Shown here one piece after another: positions 32,838-41,168 of a stretch of 64,000 bases of DNA. Under the pieces are notes generated by a model, which made no database searches, was not told the origin of the DNA, and worked only from the letters and a program-made list of their open reading frames with translations. The stretch covers positions 13,867-77,866 of the forward strand of contig JAJDCA010000044.1 of NCBI GenBank assembly GCA_029261055.1. The letters run 5' to 3'. The stretch's first letter is position 1. Each line of letters begins with the position of its first letter. This DNA is from Candidatus Omnitrophota bacterium. GTDB taxonomy: Bacteria > Omnitrophota > Gorgyraeia > Zapsychrales > Zapsychraceae. The translations under genes were made by a program, and so were the position numbers.

Positions 32838-34088
32838 ATGAATTCAAAAAAATGGCCCATATTGGGGTTATGCCTTGGGGTAGCATTATTAGTCGCTTCC
32901 TCAACATCATTTGCAGGGGAGATTGATATCTTGGTCGATAAATTAGTCGAAAAAGGAATCCTTACGCGAAGTGATGCGACTGAAATTCTATCGGAAACAC
33001 GACAAGAAGCAGCTCGCCAGGCAAAACAAGTAGCACCTTCTGACGTGCCCAAATGGGTGAATAAAATAAAACTCAAAGGGGATTTAAGGTTACGTTATGA
33101 GCATAAAGAAAAGAGAGGCGTTAATGACATTGAACGTGGAAGAGTCAGATATCGTCTTGGGATTGAATCAAAAATTGTGGATAAGGTGACTGTTGGTGCT
33201 GGATTGGCTTCCGGCAGTGATAGTAGTACAAGCGCACGTTCAACTAATCAAGACCTACAAGACGTGTTTAGTACAAAATCAATTAATTTAGATTATGCTT
33301 ATTTTGAATATGAGCCATATGAATGGATGAGTATGGTAGGGGGTAAATTCAAACGAAAGAAATATCTTTGGGCTCCAAGTGATTTACTTTGGGATGGAGA
33401 TATTAATCCTGAAGGGGTGTCCTTTCAATTTAAACATGAACTGGTGGATAATGTCCAAGGTTTTGCCAATACTGGTTTTTGGATTTTGGACGAATCAACA
33501 GGCGACACCTCCGATCCATATCTCGCGTATATTCAACCCGGGGTCAAAGCTAAATTTAGCGATTTAGGTGCGGATGCTAAAGTAGCTGTAACCTATTATG
33601 ATTTTGGTAATGTTAAAGGGGCTACGTTAGATGGCGCATTGGGAGACAACAGTACCGATAGTGGTGGAGGATTAGCTTTCAGATATAATCCTATTGCGGT
33701 AGCTGCTGAGGTAGGGATTGAAGAGCCTTTTGATTTACCTGTCCCAAGAGTTGCTGCCTTCGGTGAATTTGTTCATAACCCTGATCCAGATGATGAAAAT
33801 AATGGATGGTTACTGGGGCTTAAATTGGGCGATAAAAAAGTCAAAGATAAAAACCAATGGCAATTAAAATATATATTTGCCAGACTCGAAAAAGATGCCT
33901 TTCTTGATGTTCTTCCAGATGCTGACCGTTACAGTGGGGGAACAGATATCGTCAGTCATGAAGGTATTATACAATTCGGATTAAATAAAAATATTATGGT
34001 AGAGTTTGATTATTACCATAGCAATAGAGTTAATGCGGCATCAGCACCTGAAAATGTATTTCAAACAAGTGCTAATTTTAAATTCTAA
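32838..34088 (+). CDS. Putative outer-membrane porin
   Basis: Signal peptide, L--KL-EKGILT helical N-domain, KGDLRLRYE, WDGDINPEG, C-terminal Phe. Confidence 0.75.
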   Translation: MNSKKWPILGLCLGVALLVASSTSFAGEIDILVDKLVEKGILTRSDATEILSETRQEAARQAKQVAPSDVPKWVNKIKLKGDLRLRYEHKEKRGVNDIERGRVRYRLGIESKIVDKVTVGAGLASGSDSSTSARSTNQDLQDVFSTKSINLDYAYFEYEPYEWMSMVGGKFKRKKYLWAPSDLLWDGDINPEGVSFQFKHELVDNVQGFANTGFWILDESTGDTSDPYLAYIQPGVKAKFSDLGADAKVAVTYYDFGNVKGATLDGALGDNSTDSGGGLAFRYNPIAVAAEVGIEEPFDLPVPRVAAFGEFVHNPDPDDENNGWLLGLKLGDKKVKDKNQWQLKYIFARLEKDAFLDVLPDADRYSGGTDIVSHEGIIQFGLNKNIMVEFDYYHSNRVNAASAPENVFQTSANFKF

Positions 34089-34111
34089 TTAATACGACTA
34101 ATTTTTTGGTC

Positions 34112-34148
34112 ATAAGGGGGCATTATTAATTTAATAATGCCCCCTTAT
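34112..34148. repeat. Perfect 18-bp inverted repeat (terminator/REP-like)
   Basis: ataagggggcattattaa-t-ttaataatgcccccttat. Confidence 0.75.
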
Positions 34149-34164
34149 AAAGAGAGGACCGTGT

Positions 34165-34821
34165 ATGTTTAAAAAATTATTGGGTTCTTTGGCTTTAACC
34201 ATGGTTATTGTTCAGACATGTTGGGCTTCACCCACAGGCTTAAATAATATACCGACCGCTGATGTTGTTCCAAAGAAAGTTTTAGTCTTGCAGGCTTACA
34301 CGGAAGTAGGCGATAATAATAAACCAGATTATTTTACAGGATTTAAATATTCTCCATTAGAAAATCTGGAAGTCGGTTTAGATGGGCGTATTTTTCCAGA
34401 AGCTTCTTTGGAAGAGCAGCTTAAAGGGCAAATCAAGTACCGATTTAAATTTGGTGAACAGACCGCCGTTGCTTTTGGGGTTGCAAATTTGGGTGACCGG
34501 GCCAAATTAGGTTGGGAAGATTATTATGCTGTATTCACGCATGACTTTGGTTTTATTCGAGCTCATTTAGGCGGTACGCTGCAGCGCGATAATGAAGGAG
34601 GGTTTGCCGGACTTGATAAAACTCTTGAATTATTCGAAAAAGATTTAACTCTTAGAGCCGATATTATTGAAACAAATGATAGTCATAACATAACAAGCAG
34701 CGTCGGGTTTATCTATGATTTAGGTTATAATTTTTTATTAGAAAATTGGGTATCTTTTCCAACGCAGTCAGAAAAAGAAGATTTTTTTACCATAAAGATT
34801 GATTATGTGATAAAATTTTAA
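34165..34821 (+). CDS. Exported beta-barrel-like protein
   Basis: Signal peptide, TGLNNIPTAD, alternating beta strands, C-terminal Phe. Confidence 0.6.
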   Translation: MFKKLLGSLALTMVIVQTCWASPTGLNNIPTADVVPKKVLVLQAYTEVGDNNKPDYFTGFKYSPLENLEVGLDGRIFPEASLEEQLKGQIKYRFKFGEQTAVAFGVANLGDRAKLGWEDYYAVFTHDFGFIRAHLGGTLQRDNEGGFAGLDKTLELFEKDLTLRADIIETNDSHNITSSVGFIYDLGYNFLLENWVSFPTQSEKEDFFTIKIDYVIKF

Positions 34822-34827
34822 TTAAAT

Positions 34828-34931
34828 TAATTCCCTAATCCCGGGCGACCTAAAATAAAAAATGTCATGGTTCCGGGGCGATACGGCAATGTTGGAAACG
34901 ACATTGTTTCCCGACAATTGGAAAGGAATTA
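34828..34931 (+). ncRNA. Moco/Tuco RNA motif (riboswitch) upstream of moaA
   Basis: P1 taattcc/ggaatta covers the SD; P2 cccgg..acc/ggt.ccggg; P4 gcaatgtt-ggaaac-gacattgt; P5 tcc-cgacaatt-gga followed by aagg, resembling the E. coli moaA leader 3' end. Confidence 0.75.
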
Positions 34932-34934
34932 GAC

Positions 34935-35894
34935 GTGAATAATGCTAATACATCATCATCCATAATTGATCCCCATGGGCGCTGCATTCATAAAATGCGC
35001 GTCCAATTGACCGATGCCTGCAATTTTCGTTGTTTTTACTGCATGCCAGCCCAAGTCAAATTCCTACCTTCCAAACAATTATTGTCTGCGACTGAAATTA
35101 TTGATATCTGTTCCGAGCTTACAAATGTAGGTATAAATGAAATGCGTGTTTCAGGTGGGGAACCAACATTACGCAAAGATTTTCGTCAAATAATTGAAGG
35201 CTTAGACGAATTAAATCTTCTCAAATTGGGCCTAACATCCAATGCATATTTTTTAGATAAAGAATTGCCCTTTTTAAAAAATACAAATTGTCAGCACATT
35301 AACATTAGTTTAGATAGCCTTAATAAACAGTCTTTTGCTCAAATAACAAAAACTAATTATTTTGATACAGTGTTCCAGACTATTTTGCAAACAAAAGCGA
35401 TGGGGTTCCACGTTAAAGTTAATGTTGTGCTATTAAAAGGTGTTAATGATGCAGAAGTTTTTGATTTTATTGAATTTTCAGCACGACATAAAATTGAGGT
35501 TAGGTTTTTAGAATTAATGAAAATAGGGCCACAAAATGCAAAGCATGAACACTTATTTATTTCCGCAAGAGAAATTATTCAAAAGATAGAAGGTTCTGAA
35601 AAATTAACGCCTCAATCAGTTAATTGTGATTCAACATCTTTTAACTTTACAACTTCCGCAGGAGCGCATATAGGTTTTATCGCTTCTGAATCCCAACCAT
35701 TCTGCCAATTTTGTTCAAGATTGCGTTTAACAGCAACCGGAATATTACGCGCATGCCTTATGTCTGAGGATGGCATAAACCTCCGTTATCGTAATAAAGC
35801 AGAATATGCCGCTATCCTCCACGATGTTGTTTCTATGAAACCCAACTACCGTATTGATCATATTGAGCAACCGATGTATCAAATCGGAGGATAA
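34935..35894 (+). CDS. moaA: GTP 3',8-cyclase
   Basis: TDACNFRCFYC, GGEP, FCQFCSRLRLT, C-terminal IGG. Confidence 0.95.
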   Translation: MNNANTSSSIIDPHGRCIHKMRVQLTDACNFRCFYCMPAQVKFLPSKQLLSATEIIDICSELTNVGINEMRVSGGEPTLRKDFRQIIEGLDELNLLKLGLTSNAYFLDKELPFLKNTNCQHINISLDSLNKQSFAQITKTNYFDTVFQTILQTKAMGFHVKVNVVLLKGVNDAEVFDFIEFSARHKIEVRFLELMKIGPQNAKHEHLFISAREIIQKIEGSEKLTPQSVNCDSTSFNFTTSAGAHIGFIASESQPFCQFCSRLRLTATGILRACLMSEDGINLRYRNKAEYAAILHDVVSMKPNYRIDHIEQPMYQIGG

Positions 35895-35899
35895 TCAAA

Positions 35900-37033
35900 T
35901 TGCACAAACAAAAACAAAATTATACATACCACCCTTTTGAATTAGCTTTCTGCGGTTATTCCAATTCCGGAAAAACCACACTGATCACACAACTTATTAA
36001 GACTCTTTCCAAGAAATATAAAATTGGATACATCAAACACGACGTCCATAAATTTTGCATGGATCACGAAGGCAAGGATACTTATCAGGTTCGAAAGAGT
36101 GGTGCGCATACTGTTTTTATCAGTGATTCCGAACATAGTGCGTGTATTCATGGATCGAGCCAGAATTTATTCGCACATCAACCTATTTTTCTGGAATCGG
36201 ATATTGTTTTAGTAGAAGGATATAAATCATCCGATATACCAAAAATTGTGTTGCTGGATAAGGATAAAACCATCTTAGAAGATTTAAAGAATCAGAAATT
36301 TACGAATATTGTGGCCGTTGTTGGGCCGATGGATGTGGAGGATGATATTTCAGAAAAATACCCTTATTTCCATCGCGATGATATTGAGGGAATAAAGCAA
36401 TGTGTTCTCAGACATATATCTGATAAAATTAAAGAAACACCTCTTTACGGTCTTGTTTTAGCGGGAGGGCGCAGTACACGCATGAAAAAAGATAAATCTT
36501 TACTTAATTATCATGGCAAACCTCAAATTCAACATGCAAGCGAATTTCTTACAAAATTCTGCACCAAAGTCTTTATTTCAAATAGAGACGAGCAATCAGA
36601 AATCGCAAATCACAGTAAATCCCCTCAAATTCACGATACATTTCTAAATATCGGCCCTTTAGGCGGAATCCTTTCAGCCATGACCACGCATCCAAACGCC
36701 GCCTGGCTTGTATTGGCCTGTGATTTACCTTTTATCACGGATCAGACAATCGAATATTTGATCAAAAATCGACATCCATTTAAGTTTGGCTCAGCCTATA
36801 AAAGCGCACAAAATGACCTTCCCGAACCCTTATGCGCTATTTATGAACCAAAATTCAGACCACGCCTGTTCCAATTTCTAGGCCAAGGCCTTCAATGCCC
36901 TCGAAAAATCCTCATAAACTCCGATATTGCCCTTTTTGACCTTCCAGAAAAATCCGCCTTGAATAATGTTAATCATCCTGAAGAATATGTTGAAACCAAA
37001 AATATTCTATCAACAAACCGCGCAAAATTTTAG
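35900..37033 (+). CDS. mobAB: MobB-MobA fusion (Moco guanylyltransferase)
   Basis: N-terminal GYSNSGKTT, KHD, VEGYK; C-terminal LAGGRSTRM--DK, GPLGGI, LACDLP, EPLCAIY. Confidence 0.88.
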   Translation: MHKQKQNYTYHPFELAFCGYSNSGKTTLITQLIKTLSKKYKIGYIKHDVHKFCMDHEGKDTYQVRKSGAHTVFISDSEHSACIHGSSQNLFAHQPIFLESDIVLVEGYKSSDIPKIVLLDKDKTILEDLKNQKFTNIVAVVGPMDVEDDISEKYPYFHRDDIEGIKQCVLRHISDKIKETPLYGLVLAGGRSTRMKKDKSLLNYHGKPQIQHASEFLTKFCTKVFISNRDEQSEIANHSKSPQIHDTFLNIGPLGGILSAMTTHPNAAWLVLACDLPFITDQTIEYLIKNRHPFKFGSAYKSAQNDLPEPLCAIYEPKFRPRLFQFLGQGLQCPRKILINSDIALFDLPEKSALNNVNHPEEYVETKNILSTNRAKF

Positions 37034-37043
37034 AATGATTCAC

Positions 37044-37071
37044 TTGACGAAATTAAATCGTGCAGTAGAAT
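37044..37071 (+). promoter_or_regulatory. Sigma70-like promoter of the Rieske/cytb-Mo enzyme module
   Basis: TTGACG-16 bp-TAGAAT, 6 nt before ATG 37078, no SD. Confidence 0.6.
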
Positions 37072-37077
37072 ATTTTT

Positions 37078-38952
37078 ATGCCGCTCAAAGTCCGCATTCC
37101 GGATGACAATTATTGGAAAGAACAAATTAAATGTCAATATGCCTGCCCGGTACACACCGATGCACGTGGATACGTGCGTGCGGTTGCAGACGGAGATTTT
37201 GACAAGGCTTATCTCATTGCACGTGCACCAAATCCGTTAGCCTCGATTTGCGGGCGGATTTGCGGGGCACCGTGTGAAGCGGCTTGTCGACGTGGCAGCG
37301 TGGATAAAAGTATTTCGATTCGTGCGCTTAAACGTTCCGCTGTTGACCATCATCAATACCAAGACAACCAGCCGCTTAATCTCATCCAAAAAATAAAAAC
37401 ATCCTTACAAAATCGTGATTGTTCCGACCTTGAAGATTTAGGTGGGTTATTCCAGAATTTTGATAATCAAAAAATGCCTAAAACAGAGGGGCAAAGCATT
37501 GGCATTATCGGCTCCGGCCCGGCGGGATTAGCTGCCGCGCATGATTTGGCCCTGATGGGATTTTCTGTCATCATTTATGAAATGGAATCGGTCCCGGCAG
37601 GGATGTTGTATTTAGGGGTGCCGGCCTACCGTCTTCCGCGTGAACTCATCGAGGCGGAGGTAGATGTCATTAAAGCTTTAGGTGTTGAAATCAAAACGAA
37701 TTGTACTATTGGTAAAGATATTACTTTTGATGCTTTACGCAAAAAACATCAAGCGGTTATTATTGCGGTCGGATGCAAGAAGTCTCGTTCAATTCCGTTG
37801 CCAGGAATTGACGCCGAAGGGGTGATTGGTGGTGTCGAATTTTTAAGAGATGTTTCTCTGAATTTACCGCATACCATCGGGAATAAAGTCGTCGTGATCG
37901 GTGGTGGTAACGTGGCCTATGATGTGGCCCGTTCGGCTCTTCGACAACAACAAATGGATGTGGCCGCCACGGCCTTGCATGAACGCGAAGGGATTAAGGT
38001 TACTTTGTCTTGTTTAGAACGGGAAGATGAAATGTTGGCGGATGAAATTGAAATCTTAGAAGGGGAAGAAGAAGGGGTCACTCGACAAAATGGGTATGGT
38101 CCTCAGGAAGTTTTAACAAAAAATAATAAAGTAACCGGTGTGGTATTCCATAAAGTGATTTCTATTTTTGATGAAAATAAACAATTTAATCCAAAATATG
38201 ATCCCAATCAATCCATCACAATTGAAGCGGACACAGTTTTATTGTCCGTGGGGCAACGTTCTGATATTTCTTTTGTAGATCCCAAAAAAGACGGCGTAAC
38301 GATTAATGATAGGGGGATTATGACGTGTGACCCTGACACTCTGGAAACGACGGCGTCGGGTGTTTTTCTTGCGGGTGATTTGGCGCATGGACCGCGACTC
38401 ATGATTGATGCGATTGCCAGCGGTAAAAAAGTAGCCCGTTCAATTTATCAAAAATTAATAGGCACAGCCTTTTCGTTTGACAGCAAACAAACGCATGTTC
38501 CTATTGAAAATTATTCGCGCGAGGCCGGTTACGAAAAAATTCGCAGACAAGTCTTGCAATCCGTAGAAGTTACCGATAGAATTTATAATCATACAACGGT
38601 GGTTGAAAAAGGTTTCACCTGTGGCCAGGCCAAGGTGGAAGGGGCCCGTTGTTTTGATTGCAGTGTCAACACGATCTTTGACGGTAATAAATGTATTCTT
38701 TGCGGTGGGTGTGTGGATGTGTGTCCTGAATTATGCCTTAAACTTGTTCCGATCGATGAACTCGATGGCGATAAAACATTTTCCGAATTAACAAATATTG
38801 TTAAAGAACAAAAATCCACTGATGAGTTAACTGCTATTATTAAAGATGAAGAAAAATGTATTCGGTGTTCCTTATGTGCCATTCGTTGTCCGGTTGATGC
38901 CATTACGATGGAACGATTTTCGTTTACAACAGCTACGTGTCAAAAAAAATAA
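37078..38952 (+). CDS. NfnB/GltD-like FAD/NAD(P) oxidoreductase with C-terminal ferredoxin domain
   Basis: CQYACP..., ICGRICGAPCEAAC, GSGPAG, GGGNVA, CILCGGCVDVC, CIRCSLCAIRC; no export signal. Confidence 0.85.
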   Translation: MPLKVRIPDDNYWKEQIKCQYACPVHTDARGYVRAVADGDFDKAYLIARAPNPLASICGRICGAPCEAACRRGSVDKSISIRALKRSAVDHHQYQDNQPLNLIQKIKTSLQNRDCSDLEDLGGLFQNFDNQKMPKTEGQSIGIIGSGPAGLAAAHDLALMGFSVIIYEMESVPAGMLYLGVPAYRLPRELIEAEVDVIKALGVEIKTNCTIGKDITFDALRKKHQAVIIAVGCKKSRSIPLPGIDAEGVIGGVEFLRDVSLNLPHTIGNKVVVIGGGNVAYDVARSALRQQQMDVAATALHEREGIKVTLSCLEREDEMLADEIEILEGEEEGVTRQNGYGPQEVLTKNNKVTGVVFHKVISIFDENKQFNPKYDPNQSITIEADTVLLSVGQRSDISFVDPKKDGVTINDRGIMTCDPDTLETTASGVFLAGDLAHGPRLMIDAIASGKKVARSIYQKLIGTAFSFDSKQTHVPIENYSREAGYEKIRRQVLQSVEVTDRIYNHTTVVEKGFTCGQAKVEGARCFDCSVNTIFDGNKCILCGGCVDVCPELCLKLVPIDELDGDKTFSELTNIVKEQKSTDELTAIIKDEEKCIRCSLCAIRCPVDAITMERFSFTTATCQKK

Positions 38953-38955
38953 TTT

Positions 38956-39417
38956 ATGTCAAATTCTAACAAAAAAATAACCCGGAGAGATTTCTTAGGG
39001 TTATCTGCTTTGTGGACATGCCTTGCCGCATGGTTTTTCACATTTCTCGGTCTTCTTAAATTCCCCAAACCTGCATTATTACCTGATGTATCTAATGTCT
39101 TTAAAATTGGCCGTCCTGACGATATTCCAATAGATAGCGAAAAAATTTATGATGATAAAAAAGTCCTTATTGTACGCGACAATGAAGGGGTTTCTGCTGT
39201 TTCGTTGATTTGTACGCATTTAGGATGTATTGTTTCGAAAAGCAAAGATGGATTTTCATGTCCCTGTCATGGATCAAAATTTGATACCAATGGGGATGTG
39301 ATTGCAGGACCAGCCCCTCGGGGATTAAGCTGGCTTGAAGTAAGTCAACTTCCCAGTGGAAAATTAGTTGTGAATGCCGGGAAACGTGTGCCGGAGGGGA
39401 CGAAGTTTGTAGTTTAA
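38956..39417 (+). CDS. Rieske [2Fe-2S] subunit (QcrA/PetC-like)
   Basis: TRRDFL Tat anchor, CTHLGC, CPCHGSKF, GPAPR. Confidence 0.93.
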   Translation: MSNSNKKITRRDFLGLSALWTCLAAWFFTFLGLLKFPKPALLPDVSNVFKIGRPDDIPIDSEKIYDDKKVLIVRDNEGVSAVSLICTHLGCIVSKSKDGFSCPCHGSKFDTNGDVIAGPAPRGLSWLEVSQLPSGKLVVNAGKRVPEGTKFVV

Positions 39418-39423
39418 AATTAT

Positions 39424-39489
39424 GGGCATGATAAATCATGCCCGTACAACGAGGTCGTGTTGTCCGTAGGGGCATAATTTATTATGCCC
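39424..39489. repeat. REP doublet between the Rieske and cytochrome b genes
   Basis: gggcatgataaatcatgcccgtac ... gtaggggcataatttattatgccc; first 28 nt identical to the copy at 23285. Confidence 0.8.
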
Positions 39490-39526
39490 AATATAAAATT
39501 ATCTTATCGATATCTGGAAATAATTA

Positions 39527-41065
39527 ATGCCTATCAAAAAATTTTACCAAAATCTTAAACAATTACCTCAAACGTTTATCGAATCCATTATTCGCAATGA
39601 TAAACCTACGTCTGATCGAGCGCGTAGCCAGGCGGTGTTTGGAAACATGTTCCTTCATATTTTCAGCACACGTATTCATCGTTATTCGTTAAAAAAGACA
39701 TTCACCTTTGGATTAGGTATCATATCTGCTTTTTCCTTTATAATCCTTATTGTCACAGGCATTCTTTTAATGATTTATTACAAGCCATCAGTCGAATTGG
39801 CCTATGATTCTATCAAAGACATTCAATACATTGTCCCTGGTGGTCGATTTATTCGTAATGTGCATCGCTGTGCTACCAATGTTATGATCGTGGCTGTTTT
39901 TCTTCACATGGCAAGAGTCTTTTATACGGCGGCTTACAAACGCACGCGTTCTTTTAATTGGGTTTTAGGCATTGGACTTCTTGCCTTAACGCTGATGATG
40001 AGTTTTACAGGTTATTTGCTTCCCTGGGATCAGTTAGCCTATTGGGCAGTTACGATTGCGACGAATATTGCGGCTTCAACCAGTGAATTAACGGATGCAT
40101 TAAATATTACGGCTTATTTTGATCCAGGACATGTCATTAAGGTTCTTTTGTTAGGATCAGAAAATATTGGGCAGGATGCCCTAACGCGTTTTTATTGGCT
40201 GCATTGTATTATTCTTCCAGTGGCCTTGGTGATGGTTTTGGCCGTGCATGTATGGCGTGTGCGCAAAGATGGAGGATTGGCCAGGCCGGATACACTTACA
40301 GAAGAAGATTTGAAAGGTACGCCGAAAGATCCGCTTTCTGATAAGGTTTTTAATCATGCGCCGCAGAAAACATACGGTTTAATGTGCCTGGTTAAAGGGA
40401 AGTCCAATGCTGTCAGCAGAGGACCGGAACAAACCGTTTCGAGCTGGCCTCATATGATGATTCGTTTAGTAGGGTTGTTTATGCTGACATTTGCACTATG
40501 TTGTATTTATGCCTATTTTGTTGAAGCTCCGCTTAAAGAAATGGCTAATCCCGCCGTACCAGAAAATCCTGCCAAGGCACCATGGTATTTTCTAGGTTTG
40601 CAAGAATTAGTTTCTTATTCTGCTTTTATGGGAGGCGTCGGCATTCCAACCTTAGCCCTTTTAGGATTAGCTTTAATTCCGTATTTGGACAGAGAAAATC
40701 AAGAAATTGGGCGTTGGTTTGATGATAAAAAAGGGAAGAAAGTCGCCATACAATCTTTCATTTATGCCTCCGTTGTTGTGATCGGTATGCTTATTTTTAC
40801 GGTGAGTTTTGGATGGTTACGCAATTGGTTTCCTGCCATTCCTCAGCTGGCGATTACATTTATTAATCCGGGAACCATATTAGTTGGATTTTATGTCGGG
40901 TGGTCTTTATATTGTATGGCCAAATATAAATCAACACGCATGTCGGCGATTGCTTTATTTACATGTTTTCTTGTTGGCTTTTTAGTTTTAACGTATTTTG
41001 CAACCTTTCACCGTGGACCAAATTGGGATTTTTATTGGCTAAAGAGCCAGTGGCCTATTCATTAA
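39527..41065 (+). CDS. Cytochrome b (fused b6 plus subunit IV-like) of a Rieske/cytb complex
   Basis: RNVH...LHMAR, FTGYLLPWDQ, LH-x14-H, NPAKAPWYF (PEWY-equivalent). Confidence 0.92.
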   Translation: MPIKKFYQNLKQLPQTFIESIIRNDKPTSDRARSQAVFGNMFLHIFSTRIHRYSLKKTFTFGLGIISAFSFIILIVTGILLMIYYKPSVELAYDSIKDIQYIVPGGRFIRNVHRCATNVMIVAVFLHMARVFYTAAYKRTRSFNWVLGIGLLALTLMMSFTGYLLPWDQLAYWAVTIATNIAASTSELTDALNITAYFDPGHVIKVLLLGSENIGQDALTRFYWLHCIILPVALVMVLAVHVWRVRKDGGLARPDTLTEEDLKGTPKDPLSDKVFNHAPQKTYGLMCLVKGKSNAVSRGPEQTVSSWPHMMIRLVGLFMLTFALCCIYAYFVEAPLKEMANPAVPENPAKAPWYFLGLQELVSYSAFMGGVGIPTLALLGLALIPYLDRENQEIGRWFDDKKGKKVAIQSFIYASVVVIGMLIFTVSFGWLRNWFPAIPQLAITFINPGTILVGFYVGWSLYCMAKYKSTRMSAIALFTCFLVGFLVLTYFATFHRGPNWDFYWLKSQWPIH

Positions 41066-41068
41066 TGA

Positions 41069-41160
41069 GCACATAATTTATGGAGCGTAAGCGAACATAA
41101 ATTATCTGTGCGAATTAACCCTGCGAAGCTCAACGCGAAAGCAATTGAGCGAAGCAGGGT
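41069..41160. repeat. Structured intergenic element with two hairpins
   Basis: gcacataatttatg..cataaattatctgtgc and accctgc..gctcaa..ttgagc..gcagggt. Confidence 0.55.
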
Positions 41161-41168
41161 AAAATAAT

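Noticed and set aside
37078-38952. Glutamate synthase small subunit gltD
   Set aside because: No gltB adjacent; extra ferredoxin domain; Rieske/cytb context
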